This document shows positions 1-9,900 of a stretch of 19,161 bases of DNA, in pieces. The position numbers were made by a program, and so were the translations under genes. The notes beneath the pieces are model-generated. The model was not told the DNA's origin. It saw only the letters and a program-made list of their open reading frames with translations, and did not search any database. The stretch's first letter is position 1, and every line of letters begins with the position of its first letter. The stretch lies in contig JBHIEG010000029.1 in assembly GCA_046760505.1 (NCBI GenBank), positions 1-19,161 on the forward strand, written 5' to 3'. The DNA is from Candidatus Hydrothermarchaeota archaeon. Lineage in GTDB: Archaea > CAYFZR01.

Positions 1-49
1 AAAAAAAGAGTGAGTAAAAATTTGGAGAAAAATAGGTAAAAAACTCTCA
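1..49 (-). terminator. oligo-T tracts on the minus strand just downstream of the DUF116 stop; likely archaeal terminator
   Basis: The plus strand is A-rich (aaaaaaagagtgagtaaaaattt...aaaaaactc), which reads as T-runs on the minus strand right after the TGA at 50-52. Confidence 0.35.
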
Positions 50-748
50 TCATATGTCTTCCGGAGCAATACTATCGGAAGAGCATTTCTTCGTGGATTT
101 TTCAAAAAACTCTTCAATGCCGCATTTGATTCTTTTGAAAAGTTCTTCTCTGTCAACTTCAGTTCTAACACAACCGTCTTTTGATAACATCACGCCTTGG
201 ACTGCGAAACCCTTTTGAGAGGCCTTCATCATCGCCATGTTCAACTCTTCATGACAAGCAACTCCTAAAGTGGCGGATGGCCTGTACTGTTTCAGTATGC
301 GCCATACGAATGTTGAACCGGGAACCACAAAGACCTTGTAACCATGAGCTTCTGCTTCCTTTTTTATATTGGGTACGATGCATCTACCACAGCCTTGACA
401 TTCGATACCTGTGGGTGTGAGTTTAGCAGGACAATCAATATGTCTGAGACATTGGGGCAGGAAAAGAACTCTGTTTTTCGGATCGACGTTTTTGAAACTT
501 TCGAAAGAGACTCTGTTTCTAATTTCAATGCCGATTGAGTCTACAATGCTATCATCAATACCAAATCTGGGCACAATTTTTTTTAGAAAGCCATAAAAAG
601 CATCGATTGTAAAAAGTGTGATCCTTGGTAAAATTAGCCAGTCCCTTTTAAACAAAAGAATGATAAAAACAATAGAAATCAAAAATAAAATCACGATGGA
701 AGTTACAAATAATAAAGTAATTGCTCCCAGCAAGGTTATTATGTCCAT
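50..748 (-). CDS. DUF116-family membrane protein with a conserved Cys cluster (CPA...GIECQGCGRC...GVAC); function unknown
   Basis: 232-aa ORF with an N-terminal double TM segment and a C-terminal cysteine-rich domain typical of DUF116. Its ATG directly abuts the TBP stop (TAGATG). Confidence 0.6.
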   Translation of the reverse strand: MDIITLLGAITLLFVTSIVILFLISIVFIILLFKRDWLILPRITLFTIDAFYGFLKKIVPRFGIDDSIVDSIGIEIRNRVSFESFKNVDPKNRVLFLPQCLRHIDCPAKLTPTGIECQGCGRCIVPNIKKEAEAHGYKVFVVPGSTFVWRILKQYRPSATLGVACHEELNMAMMKASQKGFAVQGVMLSKDGCVRTEVDREELFKRIKCGIEEFFEKSTKKCSSDSIAPEDI

Positions 749-1285
749 CTACATCAGTCCTAGTCCTTTTAGTTCTTCTATTACTTTTTGTACGGCTCTC
801 TCAGCATCTTCTGGCTTCTTTGCTCCGGTACATACGAGTTTACCCGATCCGAATAGGAGAACAACAACCTTAGGATCTTTTAATCTGTAAACCAAGCCGG
901 GAAATTGCTCTGGTTCGTATTCAACATTTTCCAGCCCGAAACCTATCGCTATGGCATCTAGATTCAATTCCGTATTCAAGTCTGCAGAAGCAACCATATT
1001 CTGAATTACTATTTCGGGCTCTGTGGTGATCTCTACGCCTGCTTCGTTTATCTGAGCGATGGTTTTTTCAATTGCCCTACGTACATCTTCAATGCTTTTA
1101 GCGCCAGTGCACACCAACTTGCCGGAACCAAAGATCAGAGTAGCAGTTTTAGGATCTTTTAATCTGTAAACCAAGCCGGGAAATTGCTCTGGTTCGTATT
1201 CAGCATTTTCCAATGCTAGAGCTATCGTCTCTAAGTCTAGTTCCTTTTCTAGTGACGTGGATGCGACAACATTTTCTATCTTTAT
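749..1285 (-). CDS. tbp: TATA-box binding protein (TBP), two imperfect repeats; probable non-canonical ATA start
   Basis: The translation holds both TBP repeats (IKIENVVAS...EYEPEQFPGLVYRLKDPK...LIFGSGKLVCTGAKS twice). The ORF track starts at TTG 1213, but conserved TBP N-terminal residues are encoded in frame upstream to the stop at 1313-1315. The frame has no ATG, GTG or TTG. ATA at 1283-1285 lies 10 nt after GGAGG (1296-1300). Confidence 0.85.
   Translation of the reverse strand: MKIENVVASTSLEKELDLETIALALENAEYEPEQFPGLVYRLKDPKTATLIFGSGKLVCTGAKSIEDVRRAIEKTIAQINEAGVEITTEPEIVIQNMVASADLNTELNLDAIAIGFGLENVEYEPEQFPGLVYRLKDPKVVVLLFGSGKLVCTGAKKPEDAERAVQKVIEELKGLGLM
870..933. repeat. Intragenic direct repeat copy A inside tbp (repeat-2 segment ENVEYEPEQFPGLVYRLKDPK)
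   Basis: 64 nt are identical except one base to 1149-1212. The offset is 279 bp, which is 93 codons and equals the TBP repeat period. Confidence 0.9.
1149..1212. repeat. Intragenic direct repeat copy B inside tbp (repeat-1 segment ENAEYEPEQFPGLVYRLKDPK)
   Basis: 63 of 64 nt match 870-933 (ttaggatcttttaatctgtaaaccaagccgggaaattgctctggttcgtattca...). Confidence 0.9.
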
Positions 1286-1333
1286 CAGAGGAAAACCTCC
1301 GTTAGGCTGTAACTATAACTCAATGGATGTTTC

Positions 1334-1343
1334 TATATATAAA
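1334..1343 (-). promoter_or_regulatory. TATA box (TTTATATATA on minus strand) for tbp
   Basis: Archaeal TTTAWATA-type element about 48 nt upstream of the proposed ATA start. It is followed by GGAGG at 1296-1300, giving a leader of about 25 nt. Confidence 0.55.
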
Positions 1344-1346
1344 GGT

Positions 1347-2456
1347 TTATAAGTGAATTTCGTCTCTCATAAAAGAAGCAATTTCCTCAGGTTTAGAAAG
1401 CACAACCCATTCCAAATTCAATCTTTCCATGAATCCAGTATCATTGGTGTAGTACTTTTGAAAATTAGGTCTGCTTATGATTTTTGCATTTAGATTAAAG
1501 TAGTGACTGATGTCTTCATCTATTGGTCCAGAATACGTGGAGAGGGTGAAACTCTGGACCCCCAAACTTTGATAAGCCTTTAAAATAGAAGATATAGCCT
1601 GAGCGAACTCTTTTATTCCTCTATCATTTAATTGGTTAAGGGAAGAAATGCCCTCCTTAAACAGGATTAAAACCTCGTTGTTCCCTTGGGGAGCAAAGCT
1701 TGTCAATACAGCCAAAGAATCGTTTTCTCCAATGAATCTTTCCCCTATTTTTTTCTCTTTCTCCAACAATAGGTTCCAGAAATTGCGTTTATTTCTCTCG
1801 TAGAACGATCTACTCTTTTCCATATATTTAGAAAGTAGAAATGTTGGTTTTTCTTCGATTAGTATTTGCACGTGAGGATGTATTATGCTCGCTCCAGAAG
1901 GGGGCATGTGGTTCCAGCTGAACAAAGGATATCTGGCGTCTTTTTGTTTTTCATGGACTTTCTGGAAATACTTTAAGCATGCAGAGATGCAATCCTTTAT
2001 CAATTTTGGGCTAAAGTCACCAATTCTCAGAAAGTGGTCGCCAGAAAAAATTCCAACCGCATGATTTTTTCCAAATGGGAATAAATTTGGGAATATACAA
2101 GAATTCCCTATCTTTATCCTTTCAATCTCTTCTCCATCTTCTTCAATTCCAAAGAACTTTGGTGTACTTTTTTCTAAGTTTCCTGGACAGAAGAAACAAC
2201 CTTTTTGGGTACTTTTAATTACTTCAATCACATCTATTTCTTCGCTCACCTGTTTTTTCCTCGAAGCCCTCTCCACATTTATTCTGACCCACATTTCTAA
2301 AAGGGGGTCTTTCCTGTATTCAATTTCCTGTTCCTGAACATCAAAATTCAACAGGGGACTTCTGAGTTTTGCATTCCTTACAAATTTCTCTAACTTTATC
2401 ACAAAATGCAGAGAATCGGAAGTACTATTTAAATCTTTACTTCGCTTTGAACACAT
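1347..2456 (-). CDS. Galactose-1-phosphate uridylyltransferase family (HIT superfamily) nucleotidyltransferase / nucleotide-sugar phosphorylase
   Basis: 369 aa with the zinc motif GCFFCPGN and the His-Pro-His active-site signature SIIHPHVQI typical of GalT-type transferases. Confidence 0.7.
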   Translation of the reverse strand: MCSKRSKDLNSTSDSLHFVIKLEKFVRNAKLRSPLLNFDVQEQEIEYRKDPLLEMWVRINVERASRKKQVSEEIDVIEVIKSTQKGCFFCPGNLEKSTPKFFGIEEDGEEIERIKIGNSCIFPNLFPFGKNHAVGIFSGDHFLRIGDFSPKLIKDCISACLKYFQKVHEKQKDARYPLFSWNHMPPSGASIIHPHVQILIEEKPTFLLSKYMEKSRSFYERNKRNFWNLLLEKEKKIGERFIGENDSLAVLTSFAPQGNNEVLILFKEGISSLNQLNDRGIKEFAQAISSILKAYQSLGVQSFTLSTYSGPIDEDISHYFNLNAKIISRPNFQKYYTNDTGFMERLNLEWVVLSKPEEIASFMRDEIHL

Positions 2457-2583
2457 TTATAAGAAATCTAATCCTAAATAGAAGAATAGTTAACATTACG
2501 AATTCCTTTTTTGGAAAATTATATATTCAGTTAATATAATTAATTTATCAACGAAAATTCAGCCGACATTTTAATAGTAGGGG

Positions 2584-2590
2584 TTATATA
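2584..2590 (+). promoter_or_regulatory. TATA box (TTATATA) for the glycogen synthase gene
   Basis: gggTTATATAg lies about 38 nt upstream of ATG 2628. The intergenic region 2457-2618 also carries an opposite-strand TATA (aattatatatt) for the divergent GalT-like gene. Confidence 0.4.
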
Positions 2591-2627
2591 GTAGAACTCA
2601 AGAAAATAACGGTTCCCGGTGGGTTTC

Positions 2628-4349
2628 ATGCACAGGAGAACTATTATATTAGCGGGGGAAGAAGCAGGGCCTGTTTCCAATAAATTAGGTGGAATATGGA
2701 ATGTAATAAACAATGAAGCCATTACCCTAGCTAAACTGATCAGTAAAGGTGAGATAAAGGAAAATATTAGATTATTGATTGCTGGACCTTACTATCCACA
2801 CAAAGGAACAGACTGGAATGCTGGAAAAGACAGGGTGACTGATATCAGTGGGTTGAACAAATTGAATTTGGATGAAACCCTATCAAAAACTTTGAAAACC
2901 TTGAAAGAGAGGGGAATAGACACAATAACAGCCTCTAAAAAAGTTGAGGGGGTAGAAATAGGGTACATACTATTCGATACTTCAAGATTCAACGTTATAG
3001 AAATTGTGTACAAGAACAAGACTTACAGGCTTTCTGACATGATAAAAACAGAAGCATACGAACTATTTGGTCTAGATTCTCTAAAATACGAACTTTCAGG
3101 TTATGGTAAGGAATATACGCACTATTTGAATCTATCCTATGCGATTTCTGAGTTTGCTAAAGAATTATCTAAAAATGAACGTGTATCCCTTCACTGTCAT
3201 GAGTTCGGTGTTTTTTTTGCGGCTGCAAGATTAGAACTAAAAAGGGTTCCAATAAACACTTTGGCAACCTTTCATGCTACCATAGTGGGAAGATCTTATG
3301 GTGCGAGCGTGTTAGAGAAGGTATATAATAATGATCCCACATGGAACCCTGCTGCTCCGGAAGGATTGGCTAAACTAGAAGAACTGGCAAAGTATGCAGA
3401 TTCAATTACCTTTGTGGGTGATACCACAAGGAAAGAGGCGAGACTTTTCTATGGAGTAGATGGAATAGTGGTAAGAAATGGAATAGAAGTGGACAAAGAT
3501 CATATAGATTGGGAAAAAAAGGAAAAATGTAGAACAAGAATTCAGGAATTTGTTGCTAAGAATTTATACGAGTACTATGATGGAGAAAAAATAGATCCTG
3601 AACACCTGATACCCCTCTATACAATATCAAGAATAGAACTTGAAAACAAGGGTTACCCAGATTTGCTCGATTCTATGATTATCTTAGACAGATTACTGGC
3701 TAACTATATAAGAAATGGCTGGATAGATGAGGAGACAAAGGTAGTATGTTTTTTGATAACTGCTCATGGACCCAAAGAAAAGAGTAGACTTCCAAGAGGC
3801 TTTCCCATTTATCTTCCAGAAGAAGTTTTGGTCGGAGAAGAGCTTAGGTTGAGCAAAATGATTGATGATCGTAGATTGCACCCTAAATGCTTGGTTACGG
3901 AGAGAAGAGTCGTATCCACTATTTTATATCCTCAATGGGTCGGAAAAGATGATGGAGGATTAAACATGACTGCTTCCGAGATTGCAAGCGGATGTGTGGC
4001 AGGAATCTTCCCCTCAAAATACGAGCCATTTTTGTTAACCGGACTAGAGGCTTGCAGAGAAGGAACTCCGATTTTGGTGGGAAGATCTTGCGGATTCAGC
4101 GACGCGGCATTAGAGCATGAAATGAGGAAAGGTACATTAGGCGGAGTGATAGTGGTGGATAACATGGCTCTGCCTTATCAAGAGTACATATCGGATTATG
4201 CATTTGGAATGGGATTTTTGGTGAGTGAATTTATTCGTGACAAGGTCAAATACAGATTGCTATGTGGAGATGCGTTTGAACTTGCTAAGACAATGAGTTG
4301 GGAAGATCCTGTCAAAAAATATTACGAATTGTTATTAATAGAATCCTAA
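2628..4349 (+). CDS. Glycogen(starch) synthase, eukaryote-like GT3 family
   Basis: The N-terminus ILAGEEAGPVSNKLGGIWNVI matches the conserved GT3 glycogen synthase start (EVAWEVANKVGGIYTV). The track start GTG 2619 is in frame. ATG 2628 is preferred because ccggtggg precedes it. Confidence 0.65.
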   Translation: MHRRTIILAGEEAGPVSNKLGGIWNVINNEAITLAKLISKGEIKENIRLLIAGPYYPHKGTDWNAGKDRVTDISGLNKLNLDETLSKTLKTLKERGIDTITASKKVEGVEIGYILFDTSRFNVIEIVYKNKTYRLSDMIKTEAYELFGLDSLKYELSGYGKEYTHYLNLSYAISEFAKELSKNERVSLHCHEFGVFFAAARLELKRVPINTLATFHATIVGRSYGASVLEKVYNNDPTWNPAAPEGLAKLEELAKYADSITFVGDTTRKEARLFYGVDGIVVRNGIEVDKDHIDWEKKEKCRTRIQEFVAKNLYEYYDGEKIDPEHLIPLYTISRIELENKGYPDLLDSMIILDRLLANYIRNGWIDEETKVVCFLITAHGPKEKSRLPRGFPIYLPEEVLVGEELRLSKMIDDRRLHPKCLVTERRVVSTILYPQWVGKDDGGLNMTASEIASGCVAGIFPSKYEPFLLTGLEACREGTPILVGRSCGFSDAALEHEMRKGTLGGVIVVDNMALPYQEYISDYAFGMGFLVSEFIRDKVKYRLLCGDAFELAKTMSWEDPVKKYYELLLIES

Positions 4350-4394
4350 ACTTTATATTTTACCTTCTTTCATAATGTTAGCACTGGTGATTTC

Positions 4395-5915
4395 ATGGAA
4401 AAAATTACCGTGATGGACACCACGATGAGAGACGGTGAACAGACCCCTGGAATAGCGTTCACACCAGAAGAGAAAGCAATGCTGGGAAGGATGTTATATA
4501 ATGCTGGTGTGGACTTCATAGAGGTTGCCAGTGCCCAAGTATCTGGGGGAGAAAAATCTGGAGCCATAGCGGTAGTTAAAGAATTCGAGGAACATGGATA
4601 CCCAACCGATATTCTAGAGTGTCTCACCTACCTCACAAAAGAATCTGTAGACTGGGCTCACGATACCGGGGTTGGTGGTGTAAATATCCTTGCAAAATCT
4701 TCTGTGGAGCAAATAGAGAAACAGTTGAGAATGAAACCAGAAGATCAAACAAATCTGGTCTTAGATATAGTGGAGTATGCATATGATCTTGATATGAAGG
4801 TAAATCTATATTTGGAGCACTTTTCCAGTAAAGGAGGTGTAAAGGATACACCAGAATACGCAGATACCTTGATAAATGAATTACTACAAACAAAAAAGAT
4901 GCAAAGAATAACTTTCTGTGATACGCTCGGGTTATTCGATCCCGATGAAGTAAAAAGATACGTTGGCAAATTTGTGAAAAAATATCCAAAAGCTTTCTTT
5001 GATTTCCATGGACACAACGACTACGGCATGGCTGTTGCCAATACGCTGGAAGCGGTCAGAGTTCAATGTAAAGGAGTGCAGGTCACGGTTAACGGTCTTG
5101 GAGAAAGGACTGGCAACGCTCCCTTAGAGGAAGTTATAGTTGCAATACACGATAAGACTGATAAAAAGACAAATGTAAAAGAATACATGCTCAAAGAATT
5201 ATCAAGTCTGGTGGAACGTAGTTCTGGGGTAAGAATACCTCAAAATAAACCGATAGTTGGAAAATACGCCTTCACTCACAAATCAGGTATTCATGTAGAC
5301 GGTATGAGCAAAGCCAAATTATACGAGAGCATAGATCCTAGCAGATTTGGAAGAAGGCACGAGTACGATCTAGGAAAACATAGCGGAAAGGCAACTATCA
5401 GATCTCATCTGGAAGAAATGGGTATAAAACCAACTGATAAACTTATTGAGGGTATACTAAAGAGAGTGAAAGAATATGGAGACATGAAAAAAGTTTTGTC
5501 TTCTGAAGATTTACCCTACATAATTGCTGATCTCATGGAGGCACCTGAGGACATAAGAATAGAAATAGAAGACTGTGCAATTGTCACTGCCTTAGGAACT
5601 CATCCAGTGGCAACTGTAAGCATAAAAAGGAACGGAAAGATTTACAAGACAACCGGCTCCGGCGTGGGAGGATACGATGCCTTCATGAATGCGATCAGGA
5701 GTTTATTCAAAGAGGAACTCCCAAAACTGGTTGATTACGAAGTGACAATACCCCCAGGGGGCAAAACAGACGCTTTAGTTTATACTACCATTACATGGGA
5801 AGACAAGGACGGAAACGTGTTCAAAACAATCGGTGTGAGTCCTGATCAAACTTTTGCAGCGATAGAAGCCACAAAAAAAATGTTGAATCGGTTTTATAGA
5901 AATAAGAAAACATGA
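4395..5915 (+). CDS. leuA: 2-isopropylmalate synthase / (R)-citramalate synthase family (LeuA/CimA) with C-terminal regulatory domain
   Basis: 506 aa with DTTMRDGEQ and HGHNDYGMAVANTLEAV signatures of the DRE-TIM metallolyase family. It has a C-terminal LeuA-dimer-like region of about 130 aa. Confidence 0.8.
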   Translation: MEKITVMDTTMRDGEQTPGIAFTPEEKAMLGRMLYNAGVDFIEVASAQVSGGEKSGAIAVVKEFEEHGYPTDILECLTYLTKESVDWAHDTGVGGVNILAKSSVEQIEKQLRMKPEDQTNLVLDIVEYAYDLDMKVNLYLEHFSSKGGVKDTPEYADTLINELLQTKKMQRITFCDTLGLFDPDEVKRYVGKFVKKYPKAFFDFHGHNDYGMAVANTLEAVRVQCKGVQVTVNGLGERTGNAPLEEVIVAIHDKTDKKTNVKEYMLKELSSLVERSSGVRIPQNKPIVGKYAFTHKSGIHVDGMSKAKLYESIDPSRFGRRHEYDLGKHSGKATIRSHLEEMGIKPTDKLIEGILKRVKEYGDMKKVLSSEDLPYIIADLMEAPEDIRIEIEDCAIVTALGTHPVATVSIKRNGKIYKTTGSGVGGYDAFMNAIRSLFKEELPKLVDYEVTIPPGGKTDALVYTTITWEDKDGNVFKTIGVSPDQTFAAIEATKKMLNRFYRNKKT

Positions 5916-5955
5916 GAAAAGAAAACATGAGAACTTTTATTTTGAACTTGGTATT

Positions 5956-5964
5956 TTTATAAAA
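5956..5964 (+). promoter_or_regulatory. TATA box (TTTATAAAA) for the stomatin gene
   Basis: It follows the T-rich leuA 3' region. It lies about 53 nt upstream of ATG 6017, with GGAGG at 6004-6008. Confidence 0.4.
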
Positions 5965-6016
5965 AGAAAAAGGTTTAAACTCATGCAAAAAGTTACTAGT
6001 CTAGGAGGTGTATCAG

Positions 6017-6805
6017 ATGCCTAATGGGATTTTCGGATTATTTTCAGGAGTTTTTCCCATTGTAGTAATCTTAATACTATTTATTCTTTATTCTGCAATA
6101 AGAATCGTAAAGGAATACGAAAGAGGGGTAGTTTTCAGGTTAGGAAGATTAATGGGGGCTAGAGGTCCTGGACTGTTTTTCCTAATACCCATAGTTGAGA
6201 AGATGGTGAAAATAGATCTAAGAACCATTACGTTGGATGTCCCATCTCAGGATGTGATTACAAGAGATAACGTTCCAGTTAGAGTAAACGCAGTGGTTTA
6301 CTTTAGAGTAGTAGAGCCTGAAAAGGCAATAGTAGAAGTGGAAAACTACATGGCCGCCACTTCTCAAATATCTCAAACTACACTGAGAAGTGTAATTGGT
6401 CAGGTCGAACTAGACGAGGTACTTTCTGAGAGAGAGAAGTTGAATCGCACGCTACAGCAAATTATAGATTCTCAAACAGATCCATGGGGTATTAAGGTAA
6501 CCACAGTAGAGATAAAGGATGTAGAACTACCTGAAGGAATGAAAAGAGCAATGGCAAAACAGGCGGAAGCAGAAAGAGACAGGAGAGGTAGAATAATCTT
6601 AGCCGACGGTGAGGCGCAAGCCGCAGAAAAACTTAGAGCAGCGGCTGAAATTCTCTCAGAGAGCCCTGCTTCGATACAACTGAGATTCTTGCAGACATTG
6701 GCAGAAATATCAGCAGAAAAAACTTCCACAGTAGTGTTTCCCCTACCGATAGAGTTTATGGAGGCATTCCATTCCCCTGAAAAGAAGAAAGGTTCAAAAA
6801 AATAA
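6017..6805 (+). CDS. SPFH/band-7 stomatin-like membrane protein
   Basis: N-terminal TM helix followed by a stomatin core (VVFRLGRL...[22 protein letters not shown]...) and a Glu/Ala-rich coiled-coil tail. ATG 6017 with GGAGG 8 nt upstream is preferred over the track's GTG 6008. Confidence 0.85.
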   Translation: MPNGIFGLFSGVFPIVVILILFILYSAIRIVKEYERGVVFRLGRLMGARGPGLFFLIPIVEKMVKIDLRTITLDVPSQDVITRDNVPVRVNAVVYFRVVEPEKAIVEVENYMAATSQISQTTLRSVIGQVELDEVLSEREKLNRTLQQIIDSQTDPWGIKVTTVEIKDVELPEGMKRAMAKQAEAERDRRGRIILADGEAQAAEKLRAAAEILSESPASIQLRFLQTLAEISAEKTSTVVFPLPIEFMEAFHSPEKKKGSKK

Positions 6806-6885
6806 AAACAGATCTTAGGATGCTAAAATACCCTCGGCACCCATATAAATTAAATATTATTGAGTAATCAGAGATCCTTTATCAT

Positions 6886-6901
6886 CTGATGGAGGCATCA
6901 G
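6886..6901 (+). promoter_or_regulatory. Small hairpin (CTGATG-gagg-CATCAG) overlapping the ileS Shine-Dalgarno
   Basis: Perfect 6-bp inverted repeat with the GGAGG (6891-5) in the stem/loop, 1 nt before ATG 6903. Confidence 0.3.
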
Positions 6902-6902
6902 C

Positions 6903-9900
6903 ATGCCTATAGAACCAGCGAAAAAAAATTTCTCCAAAGAAGATGAATTAAAGATTCAGGAGTGGTGGAATAAAGAGAAAATATACGAAAAGACCAGAGA
7001 AAGAAGAAAAAATGGACCAAGATTCTACTTTTGTGACGGTCCTCCCTATACCACTGGGGAAATACACCTAGGAACCGCATACAATAAAACAATAAAGGAC
7101 GCAGTGCTAAGATATAAATCCATGAGAGGATATTTCGTCAGGGATCAAGCTGGTTGGGACATGCACGGACTTCCAATAGAAGTAAAAGTTGAAGAGCTTC
7201 TAGGCATTAGGAGTAAACATGAAATAGAAGATAAAGTTGGTATCGATGAGTTCGTTAAGAAATGCAGAGAATTTTCCTTAATAAACCTTGAAAAAATGAC
7301 CAAACAATTCAAAAGACTTGGAGTATGGTTAAACTGGGATACTCCTTACAGGACGATTGATAATAGTTATATAGAATCCGTGTGGTGGAGCATAAAGCGT
7401 GCTGGTGAGAGAGGCCTGCTCTATAAAGACCTTAGGGTAATAACTTGGTGTCCTAGGTGTGAAACTGCGCTAGCAGATGCAGAGATTGAATATAAAGATG
7501 TAAGGGATCCCTCGATTTATGTGAAGTTTAAGGTCCTGAACGAAGAAAATACCTACATACTAATATGGACCACTACTCCTTGGACAATTCCAGCGAACCT
7601 AGCCGTATGTGTGCATCCTGAGTACGTGTATGCAGAAATAAAAATCGATGATGAAAGATTAATTTTGGCAAAAGATCTCCTGGAGTCCATTGTTAAGCTA
7701 GCAGGTATAAAAGAATACGAAATTGTGAAAGAATTCTACGGTAACGAACTTTTAGGATTAAAGTATGAACATCCCTTAAGAGACGAGGTCCCATTTCATA
7801 GGGCGGTAGATGGAAAGTATGTTCACGCGATAATCTCCGGAACGCACGTAAAGCTAGATGAGGGCACTGGATGCGTTCATACTGCTCCCGGACATGGTCC
7901 GGATGACTATGAAATAGGAAAAGAATACGATATTCCCATCTTTTCACCAGTAGACGAAAAAGGAATATTTAAAGAGGAAGCAGGTAAATATAAAGGATCA
8001 TACGTAAAAAAAGCTGATGATGAGATTATAAATGATCTAAGAGAGAAAAATTCCTTGTTTTACCATGGAGAAATAGAGCACAGATACGGACACTGCTGGA
8101 GATGCAAGAGTCCGATTATCTACCGAGCGACTGAACAGTGGTTTTTGGGAATTACCAAGTTAAAGAGAAAGATGATGGAAGAGATAGACAGAGTAGAATG
8201 GATACCTGAATGGGCAGGAGCCAGTAGATTCAAGGACTGGGTAAGGAGTGCAAAAGACTGGACCATATCAAGACAGAGATACTGGGGAATTCCTCTTCCA
8301 GTCTGGATATGTGAAAAATGCAATGAAAAAAAGATTGTGGGTTCATTGGATGAACTCAAAAAATATGCAATTAATTTTGAAGATGAAATAGACTTGCATA
8401 GACCTTGGGTGGATAAAATAAAATTAAAATGTAAATGTAAATCAACAATGAAAAGAGTTCCTGATGTAATAGATGTATGGCTGGATTCTGGAACCGCAAC
8501 TTGGGCTTCATTGACTTATCCTTCTAAAAAGGAAGAATTCGAGAAATGGTGGCCAGCAGATTTTATAACTGAAGGTCATGATCAAACGCGGGGATGGTTT
8601 TATTCCCAACTAGGCGCAGGAGTAATCGCGCTTGACAGGGCCCCCTATGATCAAGTCCTTATGCATGGTTTTACCCTAGACAAGGAAGGAAAGAAGATGT
8701 CAAAGTCACTGGGCAACGTAGTAACTCCAGAATCTGTATTTGAGAGGTACGGGGCAGATGTCTTGAGGTTTTATTTCCTTTGGACGATTCCACCTTGGGA
8801 TGATCTTCACTTTAATTGGGACGAGGTGAGAGTGGTAAGTAGGATGCTCAATGTGCTATGGAACGTATATGTCTTCGCCACAACATACATGGCTCTTGAC
8901 AACTATCTACCCTCCAAATCTCACGCTTCCCATCTAAGAGAGGAAGACAGATGGATGATATCCAGAATTAACACCCTAATTAAGGAGGCCACATCTCACT
9001 TTGAGGAACTACAGTTACATAAGGTAACGAGGGCCATTCACGACTTTATACTTGAGGATTTGAGCAGGTGGTACATTAGACTTATCAGGGAGAGAGCATG
9101 GATAGAAAAGGAAGATCCTGATAAAAATGCAGCATACTATACTCTCTGGTATACCCTATGCAATCTTACCAGACTGATGGCTCCCTTTACACCTCATGTA
9201 ACGGAGGCAATATATCAGAACCTTATGAGAAACATTGTTTTCGAGTTCGAAAGCGTTCATATGTGCGATTGGCCTCAATGCGAAGAGGATCTAATAGATG
9301 AAAGACTTGAAGAGGATATGAAAATCGTAAAATCTGCCGTTGAACTCTCCTATTCTGCGCGCCAAAAGGCGAGACTGAAGTTAAGATGGCCTGTTAGATC
9401 AATTGCAATATCTGCTCCAAAGAAAAGAATTGAGGCAATTAGGAGACTAGAACACATACTGAAAACGCAAGCAAACGTTAAAGAGGTTATAACCCTATCC
9501 GAAGAGGAAACTCACCCTGAGGTTAGAACTAGAATAAAGCCTAAATTTGATGTTGTAGGTCCTAAATATAAAGGAAAGACATCACTGATAAAAAAGGCTC
9601 TGGAAGAAATTGATGGAGAATCTATTCGATCAAAAATATCTCAAGGTTATGTTCTTAAACTTTCAGATGGCTCTGAGGTAAAATTAACAGAAGAAGATAT
9701 CGAATTCATCACAGAATTACCAAAAGAGCTCGAAGTAGTGGAGTCTCCAGAAATGAAATTATACTTGGACAGAAAAATAACACCAGAACTTAAATCCGAG
9801 GGCTTAGCGAAGGAAGTAATTCGCAGGATACAGGAAATGAGAAAAGAGTTAAACCTTAGCGTTGAGGAGATGATAAGATCAAGTATCATCGTTAAGGAAG

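Noticed and set aside
1213-1213. TTG 1213 as the true TBP start
   Set aside because: It would delete the conserved strand S1/helix region of TBP repeat 1, which is clearly encoded in frame upstream.
4370-5017. Antisense ORFs inside leuA (4370-4627, 4633-4989, 4745-5017 minus) and similar shadow ORFs inside ileS, pdxS, pan and the cytochrome gene
   Set aside because: They are embedded opposite strongly conserved genes and have low-complexity or odd composition. These are typical spurious antisense frames.
6008-6016. GTG 6008 as the stomatin start (track ORF MYQMPNG...)
   Set aside because: The GTG overlaps the GGAGG itself. ATG 6017 has proper spacing.
8425-8445. Short tandem aaatgtaaatgtaaat repeat in ileS
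   Set aside because: It encodes the KCKCK zinc-knuckle segment in frame. This is an ordinary coding microrepeat, not a regulatory repeat.
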